Source: Anaerolineae bacterium (GTDB lineage: Bacteria > Chloroflexota > Anaerolineae > CG2-30-64-16). Taken from it: DNA of 64,000 nucleotides. The DNA lies in assembly GCA_034432655.1 (NCBI GenBank), contig DAOUBP010000162.1:18827-82826 (forward strand), in the 5' to 3' direction. The notes beneath the pieces are model-generated. The model did no database searches, was not told where the DNA came from, and saw only the letters and a list, made by a program, of their open reading frames with translations. Made by a program: the position numbers and the translations under genes. Below are positions 27,536 through 34,688 of this stretch, in pieces; within the stretch, counting starts at the first letter, position 1; the number at the start of each line of letters is the position of its first letter.

Positions 27536-29524
27536 TTATCCGTACAACTCCGCCATCTGCTCTTCCAGCGGCTCCTCCAGGAATACCTGGATCGGCACAT
27601 CGCCGGAGGCACCGAAACGAGAAGGATCATAAGGCGGCAGCTTGAGCGCAGCGCGTTTCTTGTCAATGTGTTCCAGTGTGCGGCGGACGATCTCATCCGC
27701 TTCGGTTACAAACTCCAGCTTGCCACCGAAGCGCTCTTCCCACTCCTGGGACAGGATATGGGAAACCGTATCGGAGAACTCCACCGGATTGCGCACGCCC
27801 ATGATCACATATGCCCCGGAGCCGACACAGTAAGTCGCAATGGCCAACGCTTTCTCGCTCATCCATTCGGGTGCCAGGCCCACGGCGGGGATGTCACTGA
27901 TGTCATCGCCCAGGCCCCCTTCCGTGGCCATCTGGCTCAATACCGTGAGGATGCGGCTGTTATCCACGCAGGAACCCAGGTGCAGCACGGGCGGGATGCC
28001 GATGGCCTCGCACACCTCGCGCAGGCCAGGCCCGACCTTTTCAGGATCGAGAGCGGTCGAGCCCTTAAGATAACCGTATTTGCCCGCCGCAATCGCGCCG
28101 CAGCCGGTGCTGACCACCAGCACGTCGTTCTTCAACAGCTGCGTCACCACGTCCATATGGACCTGGTCCTGGGTCAATGCCGGGTTGTTGCAGCCCACAT
28201 CGGCGGCCACCCCGCGGATGCGGCCGGCTGCAATGGCATCGTTCAGCGGCCGGAAGGAGGCGCGGTAACTGCCGCCCTGCATGTAGGCCAGATACTCGTG
28301 GCTGAAACCGGGCACCACATCCTCGTAGATGTTCTGGGGGATGCGCGTCTCCCCGCGGTTGACATAGTTGTCGCAGGCACGGCGCACGATACTCTTGGCA
28401 ATATCCAGCGCCCGGTGTTCGTCGAACTCAATATGCGTTGCGCCGGTGATCCTGACCTTGGGGCTAGTGGTGATGATCTCGGTGTGGAAGTGCTTCGCCA
28501 CATCGGTCAACGATTGCATAATGCACTGCACATCCACCACCATTGCCTCTACCGCGCCCGTGAGGATGGCCAGCTCCTGATTGAGGAAGTTGCCGGCCGA
28601 GGGGATCCCCTGGCGCATCATCACTTCGTTGGAGGTGCAGCAGATGCCGGCCAGGTTGATGCCTTTGGCCCCTTTGCTCTTCGCATATTCCAGCAGCTCT
28701 GGATCCTGGACAGCCGCCACGATCATCTCACTGAGGGTGGGCTCATGGCCGTGGACGATGATGTTCACCTCATCATCCTTCAAGCATCCCAGGTTCACCC
28801 GGCCTACCTTTGGGCTGGGTGTGCCGAACAGGATATCGGAGATATCGGTGGCCCACATCGAGCCGCCCCAACCATCGGCCAATGCCGTGCGCACCGCGGC
28901 CAACAGGATATGGCTGGCGTCCTGGTCATCGCCCATGTGGGTGCGATGGAGGATCTCTACCACTTCGCGGTCAATGCCGCGGGGGACCACCTTCTGATCG
29001 CGCCAGATCTTCTGGCGTTTCGGCGGTGCGATCGAGATATAGCTCAGCTCCCCGCGCTGTTGGCCGAACTCGCTGATGGCCTTATTCGCAACATCCAGGG
29101 CGATCTCCTTGATCGTGCGGCCCTTGGTGGGGATGTTGTGTTTGGCAGCCACAGCGAGAAGCTTGGCCTCATCGCGGATCTCATAACCCTGTGCTTCGCC
29201 CTTGGCCACGGCCTGGAGCGTAAAAGCCAGATCGCGGCCGTGATCTGAGTGAGCCGCCGCGCCGGCCGCAATGGCACGCGCCAGGTTACGTGCGGCGATG
29301 GTCTCCAGGGTGGCGCCGCAAATGCCTACCTGTCCGTCCTTGGTGATACGGCAGGGCCCCATATAGCAGTTCTTGCAGCACACGCCCGCCTGTCCACTGC
29401 CGATAGTGCAGGGCTTATGCTCCGCCGCACGACTGAACGAGGTCGGGATGCCCATCGCGGTCGCAAAATCCAAGACATAGCACGCGGCGGGGTCAATCGT
29501 CGGAACGATCTTTTGCTTAGCCAT
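27536..29524 (-). CDS. cooS: Anaerobic Ni-CO dehydrogenase catalytic subunit (CooS/AcsA)
   Basis: CCKNCYMGPC (B cluster); C-cluster ligand motifs HGHEP, ICCTSNE, DVQC, GCNN, TGCG, GSCVD; MSEKA. Confidence 0.97.
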   Translation of the reverse strand: MAKQKIVPTIDPAACYVLDFATAMGIPTSFSRAAEHKPCTIGSGQAGVCCKNCYMGPCRITKDGQVGICGATLETIAARNLARAIAAGAAAHSDHGRDLAFTLQAVAKGEAQGYEIRDEAKLLAVAAKHNIPTKGRTIKEIALDVANKAISEFGQQRGELSYISIAPPKRQKIWRDQKVVPRGIDREVVEILHRTHMGDDQDASHILLAAVRTALADGWGGSMWATDISDILFGTPSPKVGRVNLGCLKDDEVNIIVHGHEPTLSEMIVAAVQDPELLEYAKSKGAKGINLAGICCTSNEVMMRQGIPSAGNFLNQELAILTGAVEAMVVDVQCIMQSLTDVAKHFHTEIITTSPKVRITGATHIEFDEHRALDIAKSIVRRACDNYVNRGETRIPQNIYEDVVPGFSHEYLAYMQGGSYRASFRPLNDAIAAGRIRGVAADVGCNNPALTQDQVHMDVVTQLLKNDVLVVSTGCGAIAAGKYGYLKGSTALDPEKVGPGLREVCEAIGIPPVLHLGSCVDNSRILTVLSQMATEGGLGDDISDIPAVGLAPEWMSEKALAIATYCVGSGAYVIMGVRNPVEFSDTVSHILSQEWEERFGGKLEFVTEADEIVRRTLEHIDKKRAALKLPPYDPSRFGASGDVPIQVFLEEPLEEQMAELYG

Positions 29525-29537
29525 AACTCAGCCTCCT

Positions 29538-30158
29538 TTATGATTTCTTGGCATCCCGCGGGTCAGTGCGGGTCTGGCGGAACCCCAAGCGATCCCATGC
29601 CGGATCTTTGCGGCCATCCTGCACAGGCACGGGCTGGGCGATCACCCCGCTGCCATCTGTGGCAACAGGATAGCCGGCCTCCTCCAGGGCCGCCATGAGG
29701 GCGCCAGGACTGACGACTGCCGGATCGTACGAAATGACAACCATACGGAAGGCGGAGCTGGCAATGACGTCTTGGACCCCGGGTGTGTTGGTCAGGACGT
29801 CTCGCACCTTCAGCGTGTGGTGATCTGCCCATAGGTTTGGCACATTGAATTGAACTTTTTCGACCACAGACCTGCCTCCTTGGGGTGAACTGAGATAGCG
29901 GACTGATTCGGGCGCCGCAGACCCCGGCGCAGCTTGTGCAATTGCCAGGATCTCGCGGCGATGCTCAAGATAGATTTGGCAAAAATCGCATGAAACGTGC
30001 AGGGGTGCACAACAACAGGCTTCCCCTCGACACTGCTCCCAACACGACAAACCGGAGTCGAGCAACAGACACTCGGCACAGGTGAATGACCAGCCGTCAT
30101 GCTTGCCGTTGCCTGTCTGGTGTAACAGGTCCTGCCTGATTTGCCAACACGTCCGCAC
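29538..30158 (-). CDS. Cys-rich (two CW motifs) domain in frame with a His-type HMA-like domain; alternative GTG start at 29867 gives the HMA domain alone
   Basis: HMA fold pattern VQFNVPNLWADHHTLKVRDVL...PGVQDVIAS...ISYDP...LEEAGY; RBS GGAGG 7 nt before GTG 29867; N-terminal 60 aa hold 10 Cys. Confidence 0.65.
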   Translation of the reverse strand: MRTCWQIRQDLLHQTGNGKHDGWSFTCAECLLLDSGLSCWEQCRGEACCCAPLHVSCDFCQIYLEHRREILAIAQAAPGSAAPESVRYLSSPQGGRSVVEKVQFNVPNLWADHHTLKVRDVLTNTPGVQDVIASSAFRMVVISYDPAVVSPGALMAALEEAGYPVATDGSGVIAQPVPVQDGRKDPAWDRLGFRQTRTDPRDAKKS

Positions 30159-30297
30159 AGGGAGAAACCCTTTCTAACAACAATCAGGCTCAGAAATGGC
30201 CTGAGCTATCTCCTGCGGCGAACATCACGAAGTTTGCCATGATCTCGCCTTACATACTATGATGCCCATCATGCTCAAGCATACAAAACACAGAAAT

Positions 30298-30339
30298 AAA
30301 AAAAACGCCTGCCCGCGCAAAAACGCCCGGGCAGGCGTT
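30298..30339 (-). terminator. Intrinsic terminator upstream of the CODH/ACS operon
   Basis: 12-bp stem AACGCCTGCCCG/CGGGCAGGCGTT; minus-strand T8 tract (first two T pair in the stem). Confidence 0.85.
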
Positions 30340-30342
30340 CGT

Positions 30343-30405
30343 CACCTGTCGTTGGTGCAGGCCGCCATCAGCCTGCTGCTTGGATATGACGAATGTAATA
30401 TATCA
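30343..30405 (-). promoter_or_regulatory. Extended -10 box plus two tandem hairpins (candidate ANTAR-type leader)
   Basis: TGaTATATT at 30405-30397; hairpin GCAGGCT-GATGGC-GGCCTGC (30376-30357); hairpin CACC-AACGACA-GGTG (30357-30343). Confidence 0.55.
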
Positions 30406-30448
30406 GAAGACGACAGAGTGCACTATGATCGGCGTCAGGTTTGGCCGG

Positions 30449-31027
30449 TCATAACAGCTGATCCGCCAGCACGATGGCCTGCGCCACCTCGGCCAGCTTA
30501 CGATTGGTATCCTGGCTCTGACGTTGAAGCCGACGGAACGCTTCCTCTTCGGTCAGGTTGAGACGGCGCATCAAGATGCCTTTGGCCCGCTCGATCACCT
30601 TGCGCGCCTCCAATGCCTCGCGCAGGTCGGCCACCTCTTGCCGCAGAGCTTGAAATTCACGAAAACGCGCCAGGGCCAGGGTGATAGCCGGCAACAGATC
30701 CTCCTCGGCCACGGGTTTCATCAGATAGGCCGAGACGTTGGCGCGGGCGGCCCGTTCTACCAGCTGTGATTCACTGTACGCGGTCAAGAGGATGATGGGG
30801 ATGGGCCGCATTTGCGTGATCTGCTCGGCCGCCTCGATCCCATCCATGACGGGCATCTTAATGTCGAGGATGGCCAGGTCCGGTTGTGTCTGTCGCGCCA
30901 GAGCCACCGCTTCTGCGCCCGTGGTCGCTTCAGCAACCACCTGGTGGCCCAACGCCGTCAACTGGGCTCGCAGGCTGAGCAGGCGGATGCTCTCGTCATC
31001 AGCGATCAAAATGCGCAGTGGCTGCAT
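30449..31027 (-). CDS. Response regulator with REC + ANTAR RNA-binding domain (PdtaR/EutV-like)
   Basis: ILIADDE, PDLAILDIKMPVMDG, YLMKP; EARKVIERAKGILM...EEEAFRRLQRQSQDTNRKL. Confidence 0.96.
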   Translation of the reverse strand: MQPLRILIADDESIRLLSLRAQLTALGHQVVAEATTGAEAVALARQTQPDLAILDIKMPVMDGIEAAEQITQMRPIPIILLTAYSESQLVERAARANVSAYLMKPVAEEDLLPAITLALARFREFQALRQEVADLREALEARKVIERAKGILMRRLNLTEEEAFRRLQRQSQDTNRKLAEVAQAIVLADQLL

Positions 31028-31030
31028 CGT

Positions 31031-32212
31031 CTACTTGTAAAAGACCAGGGTGACCTGACTGCCGCCGTTTTTCCCGGGCTCGAAGCGCAACGTGCCGGCC
31101 AGATCTTTTTCCACCAGAGTACGCACGATCTGCAGGCCCAGCCCGCGCGTGCGGCCGATGTCGAAATCGGAAGGCAGCCCCCGGCCGTTGTCGCTGACCG
31201 TCACCGTCACCTGGGGGCCCTCCTGTGCCAGGCGGATTTCCAGCCGGCCGTGCTGTCCCACAAAACTGAAGGCGTGCTCCAATGCGTTGGAGATCAGCTC
31301 GTTCATCACCAGGGCCAGGGCCGTAGCCTGCTTGGATGGCAGGTAGATCGGCGGCCCCTCAATGATGGCTTCCACGCGTTGGTCCGGCCGCACCAGGTGG
31401 CGCAGCGAGATGTCGCATACCTGGCGAGCCAGCTCGGTGATATCGGTCAGCCGGATGTTCTCTGCCGAAAGGAGTTGATGCACTGCTCCGATGCTTTTGA
31501 TGCGCGTAATACTGTCGCGTAGGCTCTTGCGCGCAGCAGGGCTGGGGCTGGCCGACATCTCCAGGCTCAAGAGGTCTGCCACGGTCTGCAAGTTGTTCTT
31601 AATGCGATGGTGCATTTCCTGGAGCAATGTGGTCAGCGCCTCAGCCTGACGCGCCTCCTCACGTAGCCGCATGTTCTCCAGCGCAATGCCCATCTGCGCA
31701 GCTACGGAGCGCAACAGTGCCATGTCGCCCTCACTGAACGGCGCGCCCTGGCGATTGGCGACGTGCAGCACCCCCAGGGCGCGCTCTTTTGCCAACAACG
31801 GCACTGCGGCACATGCATAGCCCCGGTAACGACGGCAGCCGTGCTGGAGCACTTCGGCCGCCTGCTCTGCGCCCAATGCGGTAAAAGGATCGCCCGCGAC
31901 GGCAACCAGGTCGCAGGCGCAGAACTCGGCCGCTTCCGACGCACTGCCTGGGGCCCCAGGCAGCGGCTCCCCTTCAGCTGCAGCCAGGACCAGGCGGCCG
32001 GCGGCCGCATCCCATAAGTAAATGCGGCCGCTTGCCAGTTTCAAAACCGGCAACACCTGCTTCAGCGCCTGCGAGAGGGCCTCCTGCTCGGTCAGTGCCT
32101 GGTTAATCGCTGCGGCGACCGCGTAGAGGGCCGCCAGCTCACGCGTCCGTCGCTGATCTTCAGCCGACGTATTGATCTGCTGCGCGTTGACCTCTGAGAC
32201 TCCGATCCCCAT
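31031..32212 (-). CDS. GAF-domain sensor histidine kinase, HisKA_2 type (PdtaS/EutW-like)
   Basis: GAF segment (AVPLLAKERALGVLHVA), QEMHHRIKNNLQ, ELISNALEHAF, VSDNGRGLP, GLGLQIV. Confidence 0.94.
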   Translation of the reverse strand: MGIGVSEVNAQQINTSAEDQRRTRELAALYAVAAAINQALTEQEALSQALKQVLPVLKLASGRIYLWDAAAGRLVLAAAEGEPLPGAPGSASEAAEFCACDLVAVAGDPFTALGAEQAAEVLQHGCRRYRGYACAAVPLLAKERALGVLHVANRQGAPFSEGDMALLRSVAAQMGIALENMRLREEARQAEALTTLLQEMHHRIKNNLQTVADLLSLEMSASPSPAARKSLRDSITRIKSIGAVHQLLSAENIRLTDITELARQVCDISLRHLVRPDQRVEAIIEGPPIYLPSKQATALALVMNELISNALEHAFSFVGQHGRLEIRLAQEGPQVTVTVSDNGRGLPSDFDIGRTRGLGLQIVRTLVEKDLAGTLRFEPGKNGGSQVTLVFYK

Positions 32213-32221
32213 TCCGTGTGA

Positions 32222-32416
32222 TCACTTCTGCTCGCCGGCCGCCCCCTCAACCTTCTCTTCCTTTTTCTCGGATTTGTCAGGCTCGCGCGAAGCCTCGCGA
32301 AACTCACGAATGCTCCGGCCAATTGCGCCGCCGATCTCAGGTAGCCGGCCCACACCGAACACGATGAGAACGATCACCAACAAGATGAGCCATTCCCAGC
32401 CGCCAAGATTAAACAT
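32222..32416 (-). CDS. tatA: Twin-arginine translocase TatA/E subunit
   Basis: LGGWEWLILLVIVLIVFGVGRLPEIGGAIGRSIREFR. Confidence 0.93.
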   Translation of the reverse strand: MFNLGGWEWLILLVIVLIVFGVGRLPEIGGAIGRSIREFREASREPDKSEKKEEKVEGAAGEQK

Positions 32417-32430
32417 CTTCTTCACGCTCC

Positions 32431-33978
32431 TCACTTGGATGATTTTCTACGCTGCGTTTGCAGCAATGCTGCCGCTTCAAACCCGAGCGTAACCAACCGC
32501 TGCATGAAAGGCACCTCCTCCGGCGGTCGGTCGCGCAGCTGAGCAGCTGCCAGCCGGGCCAGGGCGGCTGCCTTGGGGTCACGAGCCACTGCCAGCCAGA
32601 GCGCCATCCGTTCCAGGCGGCTCTGATAGGCAGTGGCCATTTCGGGCCCAAACCGCTGTCTCAGAAATTGCGTCATGACGGCCGCACGGTCGTGGCCTTG
32701 TCCCACAAAAGGCACGGCTTCTTCGGCCAGCGCAGCCCACCAGCTCCAAAAGGCAGGGTGGTTCACCAAAGCTGCGGTGGCATCAGGCTCCGCCTCGGCT
32801 TGCCGTCCGGGAACCTCGGCGGCCGTTTCCGGTGCTGATGCCGTCTGACCCGAAACGGCCAGCCACAACGGCAGGTTCAACAGACGATAAGGCACCGGTG
32901 TGGGCGTCGCACTGGCCCAGTTCAACGCCAGCGCCTCCTGCAGAAACTGCTGCCCAATCGCCAGGGGCGCTTCCAACAAGAGCAGCCCATCATGCTGCTG
33001 ATCAAAGGCCACCTGATGCAATGTGCCGACCGGCTGCTCACCGGGCAGGTCTGTTACCGCCATGCTCAGGGAACCTGACGCCGCACTGACGCCTTTGCCT
33101 TCCTCCAGCAGGAGGCTGATCAACAGGGCGCGTTCTTCGGCCGGTACACGGCCGACAAACCAAAGAAGCTGCGCACCGGTGCCATCTACCGGCGAGACCA
33201 AAGCCCGCCATTCACGGCCAGGCACGAACCAGGGCCGATCCATGGTGTCGGCCTCGTCGGCGAGGCTTACACCGCTCAGAGCCAGCTTACGGACCCCGCG
33301 CTCGGCCAGTGACGCCAGGGAAGGCGGCAACGTCTTCGCCAGGGCGGCCAGCGCACGCGCCGCCGCAGGGGAGCGGATGCGCCCCAGATGCTCCAAAGCA
33401 CTGCGGGCCAGCCTGGCATCGGAACCCTGGGCCAACATCCGCAACAAAGTGATCAAAGCCCCGGTGACCGGCGCAGCAGGCACGGCTTGCAGCAGCAAAT
33501 GCGGCACATCCGGCGGCTGCTCTTCCAGCTGTGCCAGGTATTCGAGGATGCTCAGCGGCTCTTGCGCCATGGTCCTGGCCAACTCATCCAACGAGCGCAG
33601 GGCAGTCGCCTCCGGGCTCTCCAGGCTGTCCAACAACGCCTCGTCGGGAGGTTCGTTGAAGTAACGGTCCAGGATGATCAGGGCGGTCAGGCGGGCCTGC
33701 GGGCTGCGTTCACGCGCGCGGGCGGCCGCCCGCAGCGCCGCAAGCACCTGGGCGCGCGGCAGCCGAAGCGCCACCTGTCCCAAACCGCCGCGCAGCTGCG
33801 GATCGTCGGTGTCCAGCGCGGCGATCAGCGCGGCCAGCGCGACGTTGCCATGCTGCGCGATAGCGTTTGCGCGCTCGGCCAGCTGGCCAGGGTCTGTGAT
33901 GGCAGCCAGCTCCGCGATCGCAGCGTCCACAGCACGTCGCTCGGCCAGGCCGGTCAAAATCTTCGCTTCCGAACTCAT
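32431..33978 (-). CDS. Hypothetical helical protein (HEAT-like N-terminus)
   Basis: Long Ala/Leu-rich ORF co-oriented with tatA; no family motif recognised. Confidence 0.7.
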   Translation of the reverse strand: MSSEAKILTGLAERRAVDAAIAELAAITDPGQLAERANAIAQHGNVALAALIAALDTDDPQLRGGLGQVALRLPRAQVLAALRAAARARERSPQARLTALIILDRYFNEPPDEALLDSLESPEATALRSLDELARTMAQEPLSILEYLAQLEEQPPDVPHLLLQAVPAAPVTGALITLLRMLAQGSDARLARSALEHLGRIRSPAAARALAALAKTLPPSLASLAERGVRKLALSGVSLADEADTMDRPWFVPGREWRALVSPVDGTGAQLLWFVGRVPAEERALLISLLLEEGKGVSAASGSLSMAVTDLPGEQPVGTLHQVAFDQQHDGLLLLEAPLAIGQQFLQEALALNWASATPTPVPYRLLNLPLWLAVSGQTASAPETAAEVPGRQAEAEPDATAALVNHPAFWSWWAALAEEAVPFVGQGHDRAAVMTQFLRQRFGPEMATAYQSRLERMALWLAVARDPKAAALARLAAAQLRDRPPEEVPFMQRLVTLGFEAAALLQTQRRKSSK

Positions 33979-33987
33979 TGTAGTAAA

Positions 33988-33996
33988 ATTATAGCA
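33988..33996 (-). promoter_or_regulatory. Extended -10 element TGcTATAAT
   Basis: Exact match 9 nt upstream of ATG 33978, suggesting a near-leaderless transcript. Confidence 0.6.
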
Positions 33997-34061
33997 CACA
34001 AGCCGGCCCACAAGAAACAGGCGCCAAGCGCGCCGATCAGACAGGAGAACAAGAGCCCGTC

Positions 34062-34622
34062 ATGGACATAGAACCGACCGCCCTTCCCGACGTCTTGATC
34101 ATCACCCCTACCGTGTTTCATGATCCGCGCGGCTTTTTCTTCGAAAGCTACAATCAAGAAGTCTGGCGCGCCCGCGGCATCCACACAATCTTTGTCCAGG
34201 ATAACCACTCCAAATCGGTCAAGGGCACGCTGCGCGGCCTGCACTTCCAATTGCCCCCTGCGGCCCAGGTTAAGCTGGTGCGCGTGGTGCGTGGTGTCAT
34301 CTGGGACGTGGCTGTGGACCTCCGCGTCGGATCACCCACCTTTGGCCGTTGGGTAGGGGTTGAACTGAGCGCGGACAACTTTCGGCAGCTCTATATCCCG
34401 ACCGGTTTTGCTCACGGTTTCTGTGTGCTCAGCGACGAAGCCGAGGTGCTCTACAAGACCAGCGCCGTGTACAACCGCCAGCTCGAACGCGGCATCATCT
34501 GGAACGACCCGCAACTGGCCATCGCCTGGCCCGTGGCCGACCCGTTGCTCTCCGAGCGCGATCGCCGCGCGCCTTCCCTGGCCGAGTACCTGGCCGAACG
34601 GCCCTTCGTTTTCGAGACTTGA
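34062..34622 (+). CDS. rfbC: dTDP-4-dehydrorhamnose 3,5-epimerase
   Basis: DPRGFFFESY, FVQDNHSKS, LRGLHFQ, KLVRV, DVAVDLR, PTGFAHGF. Confidence 0.96.
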   Translation: MDIEPTALPDVLIITPTVFHDPRGFFFESYNQEVWRARGIHTIFVQDNHSKSVKGTLRGLHFQLPPAAQVKLVRVVRGVIWDVAVDLRVGSPTFGRWVGVELSADNFRQLYIPTGFAHGFCVLSDEAEVLYKTSAVYNRQLERGIIWNDPQLAIAWPVADPLLSERDRRAPSLAEYLAERPFVFET

Positions 34623-34638
34623 ATAGTTTCGGCTCTCG

Positions 34639-34647
34639 TGCTATAGT
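34639..34647 (+). promoter_or_regulatory. Extended -10 element TGcTATAGT
   Basis: Upstream of the GMC oxidoreductase gene. Confidence 0.4.
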
Positions 34648-34688
34648 GGACATGTCGCGCCGCGGCATGAGCACACGGGAGGTGCACA

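Noticed and set aside
29538-29880. Copper chaperone CopZ
   Set aside because: No CxxC metal motif and no Cu-ATPase nearby
30357-30376. Fluoride or NiCo riboswitch resemblance (GCUGAUGGCG..CCUGC; AGCAGGC...CAAC...GACAG)
   Set aside because: The 5' pseudoknot segment of the fluoride motif and the extra helices of NiCo are not present; only a covariance search could revive this
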